NCBI GenBank assembly: GCA_028864975.1
Contig: JAGWLG010000005.1
Coordinates: forward strand, 1 to 64,000
Origin: Thermoplasmata archaeon
GTDB taxonomy: Archaea; Thermoplasmatota; Thermoplasmata; Lutacidiplasmatales; UBA184
Direction: 5' to 3'
Length of the DNA: 64,000 bases
The notes beneath the pieces are model-generated. The model saw nothing but the letters and a program-made list of their open reading frames with translations, did no database searches and had not been told where the DNA came from. Below, piece after piece: positions 17,893-27,457 of the stretch. The position numbers were made by a program, and so were the translations under genes. Position 1 is the first letter of the stretch, and each line of letters opens with the position of its first letter.

Positions 17893-18858
17893 ATGCCGAA
17901 CCTTGGAGAGTACCGACAACAGGTCATGGCCCTCTGGCAGCAGAAGAACCTGTCGGCCGCCCTTGAGGTCGCCCAGCAAGCCGCGGTGTCGCTCCCAGGT
18001 GCTGACTACGAGACACGTTGGTGGCAGGTCCAGCTCCTCGCCGGTCTGGGGCGAGCGGAAGAGGCTATGGCCCAGCTGGAAAGCGCCTCCTCCTCCGGCC
18101 TCCATTGGCCTCCCAACATCCTCGAGGGGGAGCCCACCCTGAGCACGCTCCGTTCGGATCCGCGGTTCGCGAACCTCCTCGCGGCCTCCGCCCAGTACTG
18201 GCAGCAACGCATGAGGACCGACCGAGGGACCCTCCGGGTAATCCCGCCCGCCACGCCCAGGCCACCCCGGGGCTATCCGGCGATCCTGGTCTGCCACGGC
18301 CGCGGCCAGGGAGAGCCGATCACGACCGCGCATTGGTCGGCCGCGGCTCAGTCAGGATTCTTGGTGGGTGTCCTCCAATCCTCGCAGCAGGTCGCTCCGT
18401 CCATCTTCTGCTGGGACTACGTCCCGCTCGCTCAACAAGAGCTGGTCCAGGCCTACCGCGAGATGATCGAGGTCCACGGAGCGGACCCCGCCCGCCTGGT
18501 CCTGGGAGGGTTCTCGCAGGGCACCGACGTCTCGGTCCGCTCGATCCTCGAGGGGAAGGTCCCGGCCCGGACCTTCGTGGTCATGGCCCCCACCACGCAG
18601 ATCTACGCCGGGGACCCCTATCCCTTGGTCCAACTCGCGAAGACCTGCGACGTCACCTCCCTCAGAGCCTGGATGTTCTCCGGCCAGCAGGACAAGTGGC
18701 TAGGCGCAGCCCAGCAGCTCCACGGGACGCTCCTCGGACGAAAGGTCGACAGCCGCCTCGAGATCGTGCCGAACATCGGGCACGACTATCCCGCCGACTT
18801 CGCTCAGCGCCTCGGGGCGCGTCTCGCCCAGGTCCAGGCGACCTTCCCCGCGGGCTGA
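17893..18858 (+). CDS. TPR-like N-terminus fused to alpha/beta hydrolase (phospholipase/carboxylesterase-like)
   Basis: Helical repeats ending LRSDPRFANL; HGRG, LGGFSQG nucleophile elbow, D and GHD candidates for the triad. GAGGAG precedes ATG 17893. Confidence 0.8.
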   Translation: MPNLGEYRQQVMALWQQKNLSAALEVAQQAAVSLPGADYETRWWQVQLLAGLGRAEEAMAQLESASSSGLHWPPNILEGEPTLSTLRSDPRFANLLAASAQYWQQRMRTDRGTLRVIPPATPRPPRGYPAILVCHGRGQGEPITTAHWSAAAQSGFLVGVLQSSQQVAPSIFCWDYVPLAQQELVQAYREMIEVHGADPARLVLGGFSQGTDVSVRSILEGKVPARTFVVMAPTTQIYAGDPYPLVQLAKTCDVTSLRAWMFSGQQDKWLGAAQQLHGTLLGRKVDSRLEIVPNIGHDYPADFAQRLGARLAQVQATFPAG

Positions 18859-18955
18859 AACTACTGCTCACCATCGTTCGGAGTATCCCGATAGCGGGGG
18901 AGGGGACATCCCAGCGGAATCCCCTCATACGTCCGGCTCTCTTTCGGGCGTTCGC

Positions 18956-19729
18956 ATGTCCACTGCGGAGGGCGTTTCGGTCCCCGAGGGGGAAGCCCTT
19001 CGATCAAAGATCCAGGGACTGAAGTGGGCGCACCACATCGCGCTGGGGCCGTACACGACCCCCGGGATGTGGAGCAAGCGGCACCAGGACTGGGTCAGGG
19101 ACAATCTCCCTCAGGACCTGAGTGGCCGAACAGTTCTCGACATCGGGGCGTGGGACGGATACTTCAGCTTCCTCGCAGAGGAGCGCCACGCCTCCCGTGT
19201 GGTCGCGATCGACTCGTTCCTGAGCCCCGAGCATCACAAGGATACCCTCGCGGCCTTCGAGCTCGCGAAGGGGGTGCGTGGGTCCAAGGTGGAGTACCGG
19301 GTCATGGACCTCTTCGACGCGGAAGAGCTCGCGGAGTCCTTCGATGTGATCCTGTTCCTTGGGGTGTACTACCACCTTCGGGACCCCATCCACGCCTTAG
19401 AGCGGCTCCGATCGGTCCTGCGGCCGCACGGTCGCCTCTTCATGGAGGGTCTGGTGGCCGCAGGGTCCGCGCCGGTATTGCGCTTCTGTGAGCCGGGGGA
19501 GATCGACCCCTTTACGTTCTCGATCGCCACCGTCCGCGGCGTAGTCCAGATGGCCCACGCGGCCGGCTTCCGAGAAGCGAAGCTCCTGGGGCTCAGCGAA
19601 TCGCTCTGGAAGGCGTGGCTCCACGCGACGGTGCCACGCTCGCTCCGACCGCGGGTGGCCGCGTTCGTTCGGAGACGGACGGGCCGGGGAAGGGGGTTGC
19701 CGAGGGCGATCTTCGAACTCGGGCTCTGA
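18956..19729 (+). CDS. Class I SAM-dependent methyltransferase (DUF1698/CmoB-like)
   Basis: VLDIGAWDGYFSF, FDVILFLGVYYHLRDP. Confidence 0.9.
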   Translation: MSTAEGVSVPEGEALRSKIQGLKWAHHIALGPYTTPGMWSKRHQDWVRDNLPQDLSGRTVLDIGAWDGYFSFLAEERHASRVVAIDSFLSPEHHKDTLAAFELAKGVRGSKVEYRVMDLFDAEELAESFDVILFLGVYYHLRDPIHALERLRSVLRPHGRLFMEGLVAAGSAPVLRFCEPGEIDPFTFSIATVRGVVQMAHAAGFREAKLLGLSESLWKAWLHATVPRSLRPRVAAFVRRRTGRGRGLPRAIFELGL

Positions 19730-19908
19730 CATGCACCGGTCGCTGGAACTCTGTGGTCGCCGAGGGCGCCCCCTGGCATCCGACCCCTGCTTCACGGAGT
19801 CCCGCGAACCGTGTCTCGCTGAGAGTTGGCGAGGGTTCTTCCACCTCTTTGACCATATGTCATGGACGCGGCAGGGCTCCTGGGCGAGGGGGCCCTCAAG
19901 TCGAGAAC

Positions 19909-20787
19909 ATGGAAGGCCCGACAGGAAGCTCCCCCTACCTCTCCGTGATCGTGGTGGCCCGTATCCGCCGTGAATTCTTGGAGGAGTGCATCGGGTCCAT
20001 CGTGAACTCGAGTCTGGACCGGTCTCATTACGAGGTCATCCTGGTCTGGGCGTTCGATGCCCCGGAGTGGGAGGCGCGTTTCCGAGCGCTGGGAGTGCAG
20101 GTCCTACGTCGGCCCCCCGAGATGCGGGTGGGCGCTCTGCTGATGGAGGCCCTCAGGATCGCCCGGGGGGAGGTCATGGTCTTCATGGAGGACGACGACG
20201 CTTTCTACCCGGAGAAGCTCCAACACATCGAGGAGGAGTTCCGCTCCCACCCCAAGCTCGGGTTCTTTCACCACGACCAGCTCGCGGTGGACGCCCGCGG
20301 GAAGACCCTGGGATGGATCCACGCCGTCGAAGGGTTCAACCTGAGTTCGATCGCCGTCCGCCGCTCTTTCCTGCGACCCTTCGACGATATCCTACGGAGG
20401 ACGGTCATCTGTTGCGACCGTCTCCTCTACTTTGTGGCCCGACTGGCCGGCACAGGAATGGTGCACGAGGGACGCTTGCTCACCCGTTACCGACTGCACC
20501 AGGGGAATGTGCACGTCGGATTGGACCCCACGAACGACTACGGCCGGATGGTCGAAGCGGCGCGGACCGAGCTCAGGGCGGGCCGCCCCGTTCACCGCCT
20601 CGCTTACTACATGCTACTGACCTACCTTGTGCTGTACGGCACGAGAGCCTTGCTGGGGCACGCTCGTGCGGTCCGCCTGTTCCGCCTCTACAGCACGATG
20701 CTCTGGAGGCGTGAGGTCAGGAGGGTCCTCGAGGAGGAACCGCGACGAACCCATCCCGACGGGACGTCGCTCATCGTGACCGTATGA
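19909..20787 (+). CDS. Glycosyltransferase family 2
   Basis: LSVIVVA, FLEECIGSIVN, FMEDDDAF (DxD), LTRYRLH. Confidence 0.88.
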   Translation: MEGPTGSSPYLSVIVVARIRREFLEECIGSIVNSSLDRSHYEVILVWAFDAPEWEARFRALGVQVLRRPPEMRVGALLMEALRIARGEVMVFMEDDDAFYPEKLQHIEEEFRSHPKLGFFHHDQLAVDARGKTLGWIHAVEGFNLSSIAVRRSFLRPFDDILRRTVICCDRLLYFVARLAGTGMVHEGRLLTRYRLHQGNVHVGLDPTNDYGRMVEAARTELRAGRPVHRLAYYMLLTYLVLYGTRALLGHARAVRLFRLYSTMLWRREVRRVLEEEPRRTHPDGTSLIVTV

Positions 20788-23012
20788 GGTCGTTCTCGTT
20801 CACGTCGCTCCTGCCCCGGGCCCGCCGGGCCCAGCAGCAGCTGCGGGCACGTCTCCAAGCGTGGCCGACCCCGCTGCGGTTGCTGATGCTCCTCGTGGCC
20901 TCCTTCTCGATCCTGGTCGCCTACGTGAGCGAGGTGCGGTACTGGGCGCTCGCGGACCCCGTGGTGGACACAGGGCAGTCCAACCAGATCCTCTACACGA
21001 CGATCTTCGACCACCGTCTGTTCTACTATCCCTGGGGATGGCTGAGTACCCAGGGCTCCTACTTCGGCGGGCACTTCGCTCCGTTCCTGTTCGTGCTCTT
21101 GCCGCTTTACGCCCCCTTCCCCACGCCGGAAACCCTGCTCGCCCTGCAGGCGGTGGCCTTGGGCCTCGCGGCGTTCCCGCTCTACGGGTTCGCCCGCCGC
21201 CGCCTCGGGTCGGACCGGCAGGCCTTGGGCATCGCGGCCATCTACCTCGCCGCCCCGCTGACCCTGGCGGGGACCTGGGACGGCTTCCACCTCGAAGCGT
21301 TCCTGCCGTTCTTCTTCTTCTCGGCGTTCTACGAGGCCGAGCGGAAGGAATGGAGACGCTTCCTGCTCTTCTACATCGCAGGGCTCTGCGTCATCGAGAC
21401 GGTCCTTCCCTTCGCCTTGGTCTACCTTTCGATCTGGGGTCTTCAGCTCTGGCTGAAACGGCCGTTCCGGTTTCGGATCGGGGGAGATCCGGAACGGCGA
21501 ACCGTCCTCGCCGCGTTCGGGATCACCGTGGGTTGGGTGATCGCCTCCCAGGTGGTCATCGAGCACTTCACCCCCTACGGCGGCTTCCTGGGGGGCACCG
21601 TCTCCTTCGCGTGGGTAATCCTGGGCTCGCATTCCGGCGCGGGGATCTTTACCCAGGCCGCCCTCCACCCCGGCCGAGCGCTCCTCGCTCTCAGCTTCGA
21701 CGCCGGAACCAAGGTGCTCTACCTCCTGGTCCTCTTGGGCTGCCTGTCGTTCTTCCCGTTGTTCGGGCAGTGGAAGTACCTCTTCGCCGCCGGGACCTGG
21801 CTCGCGATGTCGCTCCTTTCCGACTGGAACGCCTTCTACACCCTGGGGGTCCAGTACCTGTACTATCCCCTGGTGTTCCTGATCGGAGGGCTGCCCGGCG
21901 GAATCAATCAACTCGCTCGCGTGGCCAACAAGGTCAGGGAACTTTGGAGGTCCCAGAAGTGGGCGGTCCGCTCCACTTCCGCGCTTCGGCCCCCCCCTGC
22001 TTCGTCCCGAGGCGCGCTCGTCGCCGTCGGGGTGGCTGTCGCCCTTGGAAGCTCCTCGGTCATGGGGGTATTTGTGACGCCGACCCCTTCGTACTATTTT
22101 CCGTCCGTTCCGACCGGATGGCCGACCCCTTCCCAGCACGAGGCGTACCTGGAGGAGGTTCTCCACATGATCCCCCGGAACGCTTTCGTCGCCACGACGC
22201 AGGACCTTCTCGCTCCGATCTCAGACAGCGACCATGCCTACCTCATCCCGGTCCGTCCGCCGCCGGGGGCGAACGATTCGAACCTGAACTTCACGGTGAT
22301 GCCGCTCGTCCGGCACGACGTGGACGCCGCAAAATACATCCTTCTCGACTACAGCAACGTGAGCTCGCTCCTCTCCGCGACGTTCCTGTTCCAGTACGCA
22401 GACCTGTCGGGATTCGGCATACGGGCCGCGGTGCAGGGGATCTACCTCTATGAGAAGGGATGGACCGGCCCTCCCGAGCGCTGGGTCCCCATGCAGTTAA
22501 CGCTCGGGGCCCGCTCGGTCATTCCAGGCGATGCGGGGGTGGTACCCGGGTCGTCCCCCGGTGGGCCACCAGTCCTCTACCATCCCGCGGGGGAACAGAA
22601 CGGCACCCTCATCTGGAGGGACGCGTGGCCCCAGTCGCCGATCCTCCTGGCTCCCGGGCTCTATCAGCTCACCTATGTCCTCGCGTACAGCTCCTCCGTC
22701 CGGGGACTCCAAGCCCACGTGGCTTTGAGCGCCGCCCGGGGGGTCCTCGGGGTCGGACCGCTGTCGATCGGCGGCGTGCCGGTCCCGTCGTGGCGTTCCG
22801 AGTTCTTCCAGGAGCGGGGCTACTACGATCCCCTCGGTTCCTTGGCGCTTGATGTTCCACCCGGTGGGGCGCTGAGCGGCTGGGGGAACCTCTCGGTGAG
22901 CCTCTCCTGGGCCCAGCCGGGGTTCCTGCAGGACCAGGGGTGGGTCGACAACCCCGACGTGGCCCTCGCCCTCACCTCGATCACACTGGTCCAGTCCCAG
23001 GTGTACCCCTGA
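20784..23012 (+). CDS. DUF2079-family polytopic membrane protein (GT-C-like), copy 2
   Basis: DTGQSNQIL, HFAPFLFVLLPLY, LLALQAVALGL, DGFHLEAF; ATGA overlap with the GT2 gene. Confidence 0.82.
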   Translation: MRSFSFTSLLPRARRAQQQLRARLQAWPTPLRLLMLLVASFSILVAYVSEVRYWALADPVVDTGQSNQILYTTIFDHRLFYYPWGWLSTQGSYFGGHFAPFLFVLLPLYAPFPTPETLLALQAVALGLAAFPLYGFARRRLGSDRQALGIAAIYLAAPLTLAGTWDGFHLEAFLPFFFFSAFYEAERKEWRRFLLFYIAGLCVIETVLPFALVYLSIWGLQLWLKRPFRFRIGGDPERRTVLAAFGITVGWVIASQVVIEHFTPYGGFLGGTVSFAWVILGSHSGAGIFTQAALHPGRALLALSFDAGTKVLYLLVLLGCLSFFPLFGQWKYLFAAGTWLAMSLLSDWNAFYTLGVQYLYYPLVFLIGGLPGGINQLARVANKVRELWRSQKWAVRSTSALRPPPASSRGALVAVGVAVALGSSSVMGVFVTPTPSYYFPSVPTGWPTPSQHEAYLEEVLHMIPRNAFVATTQDLLAPISDSDHAYLIPVRPPPGANDSNLNFTVMPLVRHDVDAAKYILLDYSNVSSLLSATFLFQYADLSGFGIRAAVQGIYLYEKGWTGPPERWVPMQLTLGARSVIPGDAGVVPGSSPGGPPVLYHPAGEQNGTLIWRDAWPQSPILLAPGLYQLTYVLAYSSSVRGLQAHVALSAARGVLGVGPLSIGGVPVPSWRSEFFQERGYYDPLGSLALDVPPGGALSGWGNLSVSLSWAQPGFLQDQGWVDNPDVALALTSITLVQSQVYP

Positions 23013-23050
23013 GACCCTACCTCAAGGCATGCCTAGGGGCCGGACGTAGG

Positions 23051-23797
23051 TCAGAGCGCTTCTGAAAGAGAGGACGGGACCCGCCCCCAGGCGGAAATGA
23101 GGTCGCCCACCGTGTTCACGTTGATGTCCCAGCCCTTCAAGCGGAATCCGATCGCGGACTTTCGCCGAACGCCGGCCCCGATGAGGTCGGTCATGCTCGT
23201 GACGGGCCCCCGCTCGATGGCGTCCCGATAGAGCGAACGCAGTTCTCCTTCCCCGAAGAGGTAGGTGCCGCACCCACGGTACCCGGGGGTCGGGCTCGAA
23301 GGCTTCTCCCGGATCGAGAGCATGCGGCCGTCGCGCGCGAGCCGAACCTCGCAGGTCCGACGGAGCACACGTCGGTCGTTCTCCCACGCGACGGTCTGGC
23401 CCACAGCAGCGCCTCGCCGATGGAGCTCCCGGGGGAAGTCCGACAGGTTCCGCGCGATCACGAACCCGTCACCCAGGGCGACCCCGATCTCTCCGCTGTA
23501 CCCGCCGACCGCTTCCCTCAGCGTGGCGACGGGGCTGGTCGTGGGCGCGCGAAGGAGATGGACCTTGAGCCGGGAGATCCCGAGCTCGGAGGGAGAGAGT
23601 CTCCGGAGGTACCTCACGACCGTCTCGGAGGGCGCCAGGGCGGCCACGGTCACCTCGCTGGCGTCCATCGCGGCCAGCGATCGGAGGGCGTACCAAAGGA
23701 GCGGGTGGCCCTGGACCGGGACCATGCTCTTCGGGAGGAGGCCACCGAGGTAGCCGAGCCTGCTCCCGACGCCGCCCGCCAGTACAACCCCTCGCAC
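23051..23797 (-). CDS. Sugar-phosphate nucleotidyltransferase (RmlA/GlmU-type NTP transferase)
   Basis: VVLAGGVGSRL, PKSMVPV, LGDG, IREKP, GTYLF, DINVNTVGDL. Confidence 0.9.
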   Translation of the reverse strand: MRGVVLAGGVGSRLGYLGGLLPKSMVPVQGHPLLWYALRSLAAMDASEVTVAALAPSETVVRYLRRLSPSELGISRLKVHLLRAPTTSPVATLREAVGGYSGEIGVALGDGFVIARNLSDFPRELHRRGAAVGQTVAWENDRRVLRRTCEVRLARDGRMLSIREKPSSPTPGYRGCGTYLFGEGELRSLYRDAIERGPVTSMTDLIGAGVRRKSAIGFRLKGWDINVNTVGDLISAWGRVPSSLSEAL

Positions 23798-23999
23798 GCT
23801 CTACCTCCCTCGACCCCTGCTAGTGCGCCCCTCTCGGGGCACGTGCCGGACCCCTTGGTTGCCCATCAATGTGATGCCAGACCTGACCGACGTGAGGCAG
23901 CTCGCTATAGGGGGGTCGGGCGACGCGCACGGAAGCTGGGGGGAACGAAAGGTGCTTTAGCTCGGCGCGCACGCCTCCCGGGAGGGTGGGACCGAGCGC

Positions 24000-25814
24000 A
24001 TGGGGTGCGTCATTGGGTTCAGCTGGCCCACACCCCACGACAATGCGGTCTCCGTCCTTCTCGACGGAAAGCTGGTCTTCTCCTCGGAGGAGGAGCGCTT
24101 CACCCGCCACAAGCACGCCCACCTGGAGCCCCCCCTCAGGGCCATGGTGGCCGCGTTCCGGTACCTGAGGGAGCGGCACGGGCTCAAGCCCACCGACGTC
24201 GACGCCTTCGCTCTGAACTACGACCCGTCGCTCGCACCGTGGTCGATGCGGCGGGACCTCTACTTCTTCGCCGCGTTCGCTTCCACGCAGGCCGCGCTCA
24301 CGGTCCCGACCGGACAGGACATGCCCGAGGTCGTACGGCGGACCGCGGGCGGGGTGCTCGGCGGGTTCCGCAACTCGGCCCTACACGCCAGGATCTTCTT
24401 GCGGCATGCGTTCCAGAAGGCCGGCTCGCTCGAGGAGCCCCGAGCCCCGATCATCCCGGTGGAGCACCATCTCGCCCATGCCGCCTCCGCCTACTACTTC
24501 TCGGGGTTCGCGAACGCCGCGGTCCTCACTCTGGACGGCGTGGGCGAGGTCGACGCCACGGTCCTGTGGAAGGTCAGGGGCGGAGAGTTCGAAAAACTGG
24601 GAGCCGTCCCGGCGAACCGGGGGTCGCTGGGGTTCCTCTACGACTTCGTGTGCATGCAGATGGGGTTCGAGACCCTGGAAGGGCCGGGGAAGGTCATGGG
24701 ACTTGCTCCGTACGGTCGCCCGACCGAGAAGGGGGACCAATCGTTCCAGGGGATGCTCGAGGTCGGCTCTGACCCGCTCCGACCCTACCGGCTCGTCGGG
24801 GGCCATCCTCCCCGTGGCGTCTCGGTCCAGAAACTGGGGCGGTGGTACAGGGAGCTCGCGGGTTCGGTCGTCCCCGAGAGCGTCGGTCGTTGGGACCCTC
24901 GGGGGGAGGTCGACGCGAGGGCGGCCGGGCTCGCCTGGTCGCTCCAGCACCTCCTCGAAGTGGCGGTACTCCACCTCGCCCAATTGCTCCGTGAGCGCAG
25001 CGGGGAGTCCGACCTCGCGTTGGCCGGGGGGGTCGCGCTCAATGCGAAGGCCAACATGGAGGTGTACTACGCCAAGATCTTCCACGACCTCTTCGTCTTC
25101 CCTGCGGCCTCGGACTCAGGGGCCACCGCGGGGGCGGCGGCATGGGTTGCCCACCACCATCTGGGTGAGCGGATCCCACAGGAGCGGATCCGGACGATCT
25201 ACCTGGGCCCGGAGTATGACGAGGCCGCCGTAAAGCGCGCGGCCGAGCGCGGGAAGTGGACGGCCTCGTTCGTCGGAGACGACGTCGCTCCGCTGGCCGA
25301 CCTCGTTGCGAAGGGGGGGGTCATCACTTTCTACCAGGGCCGGGCCGAGCTCGGCCCTCGCGCCCTTGGGAACCGGAGCATCGTCGCGGACCCGAGGAAC
25401 GCTGCCACCTGGAAGGCGCTCAATGCCATCAAGGGCCGTGAGTGGTGGCGTCCCCTCGCCCCTTCGCTCCTGGAGAGCCGGCTCCAGGACTACTTCGAAT
25501 CGCCCGTGCCCCACCCGTTCATGGTGTTGATGCTCCGATTGAAACAGGAAGCCTCGACTCGAGTACCGGCCGTCGCCCATGTCGACCGGACCGCGCGTCC
25601 TCAGAGCGTACGGCCGGAGGACAACCCTCGTTGGTACGCGCTCCTCCGGGCGTTCGAAGAGCGCACCGGGGAAGGGCTCGTCGTCAATACCAGCTTCAAC
25701 CTCGCCGGCGAACCCTTGGTCGAGACCCCCGAGGAGGCGATCCGGAGCTTCGCGCTCGGAGGGTTCGACGCGCTCTACCTCCAAGGGTGGTTGATCCGCA
25801 AGCGCTCGGCCTGA
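24000..25814 (+). CDS. O-carbamoyltransferase (NodU/CmcH/TobZ family)
   Basis: EEERFTRHKH, EHHLAHAASAY, LDGVGE, GKVMGLAPYG, AGGVALN, ELGPRALGNRS, NTSFNLAGEP. Confidence 0.95.
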   Translation: MGCVIGFSWPTPHDNAVSVLLDGKLVFSSEEERFTRHKHAHLEPPLRAMVAAFRYLRERHGLKPTDVDAFALNYDPSLAPWSMRRDLYFFAAFASTQAALTVPTGQDMPEVVRRTAGGVLGGFRNSALHARIFLRHAFQKAGSLEEPRAPIIPVEHHLAHAASAYYFSGFANAAVLTLDGVGEVDATVLWKVRGGEFEKLGAVPANRGSLGFLYDFVCMQMGFETLEGPGKVMGLAPYGRPTEKGDQSFQGMLEVGSDPLRPYRLVGGHPPRGVSVQKLGRWYRELAGSVVPESVGRWDPRGEVDARAAGLAWSLQHLLEVAVLHLAQLLRERSGESDLALAGGVALNAKANMEVYYAKIFHDLFVFPAASDSGATAGAAAWVAHHHLGERIPQERIRTIYLGPEYDEAAVKRAAERGKWTASFVGDDVAPLADLVAKGGVITFYQGRAELGPRALGNRSIVADPRNAATWKALNAIKGREWWRPLAPSLLESRLQDYFESPVPHPFMVLMLRLKQEASTRVPAVAHVDRTARPQSVRPEDNPRWYALLRAFEERTGEGLVVNTSFNLAGEPLVETPEEAIRSFALGGFDALYLQGWLIRKRSA

Positions 25815-25835
25815 TTCCCCCGGGCCCCCGAAGGA

Positions 25836-27347
25836 CTACACATAGCCCCACGAGCGGAGCCGTCGCTCGTCCGCGCCCATGGCGCCTGAAACGGACCTCG
25901 TCAGACGGGAGAGCACCTCCCGCGCGGCTCGTTCCATCTCCCCCGCCATCGGTTCGCTCCCGGGCCGGATCGAAGCAGGGTGGAGCGGGTCCCGGTCCAC
26001 GTCGTCGACCTGCGGCGCGGATCCTCCTTCGGCCACGACCACCCGCAAGCGTCCCCTGTAGGCGGCGACACGCGCTCGGTCGAACTCCACCCGGTCGCTG
26101 GGACGGACCCATCGGAACATGTGGTCCCAGACCAGGCCGTCGTCCACGCAGTAGACCGGCCCATCTCGATCGCGATCGAGGAGTCCGCCCAGGTCCACGG
26201 CCGAGGCGAACCGGGCCGTGCTCGGAGCTCCGGCCGCCTGGAGTAGCGTGGGGGCGACATCGACCAAGCTCGCAAGCCCCCTTGACGCCCGGCCGTCGCC
26301 GGTCCCGTCGGCCGGTCGGACCCAGAGCGGGACACGGACCAGCCCCTCGGAAATCCCATGGAAGTGGAAGTAGTTCCCTTCCTCTCCGAAACCCTGGCCG
26401 TGGTCGCTCGTGATCACGAGCCAGGTCCGGTCCCATTTGCGGGACCGCCGAAGCGCCTCGACCACGCGCTCCAGGCGCCGGTCCATGAGGCGGACCATCC
26501 CCCGGTACATCGTGTGAAGACGGTCCATCTCCTCCGAAGAGGGTCGCCAGCGGTCAGCGAACTGGCTCACGCCATCCTGCCGGACCGAGAGGGCCCGCCA
26601 CCAGTCCGCGAGACCTCCAAGCCCCGTAGGGTCGGGGAAGTAAGGCTCGTGGGTCTCGAGCAGGTTCAATACTGCGAAGAACGGGGTCTCCGCAGGTCCC
26701 TCGGATATCCACCGCTCCAGCGTGGGCTCGATCCACGGGGAGATCTGCAGGCCCCAGGGCGTGGCCGGTCGGCGGACCTTGAGCGCGAGCCTCCCGCCGG
26801 CGTCGAGCATGAAGGGAAAGCGGTCCAGGTGATGATTGATCCGGGGGAGGAGCGGTCCGAGGGTCCTTCTCAGGGGGTCGACGGAGATGTCCCGACCGAC
26901 GGGGCGAGCGCCCGCGGTGGCCTGTGTCTTCATGAATGGTGGGGTCTCGGAGGGCCAACGGAGGAGGTGCTCCCACCAGCTTCCCCAGGCCGCTCGTTCA
27001 AACCCTCGAGCGAGCCCGTAGTCGTCACCCAGAAAGGGATTTGCCGAGAAGATGCCGGTTCGGTACCCCTCCCGGCCGAGCATCGAGCTCAGCGTCGGTA
27101 CCTCCGAGGGGAGGCGCAGGGTCCCCTTGCCGTGCGTTCCGTGCTCCCACGGGTAGAGCCCGGTGAAGAGGGAAGCGTGGGAAGGGATCGTCCACGTGGC
27201 GGGACTCACGGCCCGGGGGAAGACCCAACACTCTCGTCGCAAGCCCCGGAGGAACGGCATTCCCTCGACCGCCTGGCTCCCCCCCGGGAAGTCCGAGGCA
27301 CGCTGGGCGTCGAGGACCACGATCAGGAGGTTTGGTCTCCCCGGCAC
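25836..27347 (-). CDS. Sulfatase-like hydrolase/transferase (alkaline phosphatase superfamily)
   Basis: PNLLIVVLDAQR, WTIPSHASLFTG, NLLETHEPY, TSDHGQGFGE, RVPLWV, LVDVAPTLL. Confidence 0.9.
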   Translation of the reverse strand: MPGRPNLLIVVLDAQRASDFPGGSQAVEGMPFLRGLRRECWVFPRAVSPATWTIPSHASLFTGLYPWEHGTHGKGTLRLPSEVPTLSSMLGREGYRTGIFSANPFLGDDYGLARGFERAAWGSWWEHLLRWPSETPPFMKTQATAGARPVGRDISVDPLRRTLGPLLPRINHHLDRFPFMLDAGGRLALKVRRPATPWGLQISPWIEPTLERWISEGPAETPFFAVLNLLETHEPYFPDPTGLGGLADWWRALSVRQDGVSQFADRWRPSSEEMDRLHTMYRGMVRLMDRRLERVVEALRRSRKWDRTWLVITSDHGQGFGEEGNYFHFHGISEGLVRVPLWVRPADGTGDGRASRGLASLVDVAPTLLQAAGAPSTARFASAVDLGGLLDRDRDGPVYCVDDGLVWDHMFRWVRPSDRVEFDRARVAAYRGRLRVVVAEGGSAPQVDDVDRDPLHPASIRPGSEPMAGEMERAAREVLSRLTRSVSGAMGADERRLRSWGYV

Positions 27348-27457
27348 AGTGGATCTCCCGATGGCGCTTCGTCCACGGGGGGAGACGACTGGGGAGCCAT
27401 CAAGACCTCGGTCCGGGGCGCGCTCCCTCAGTGAACGCTTAATCTAGGCGTGGTCAG

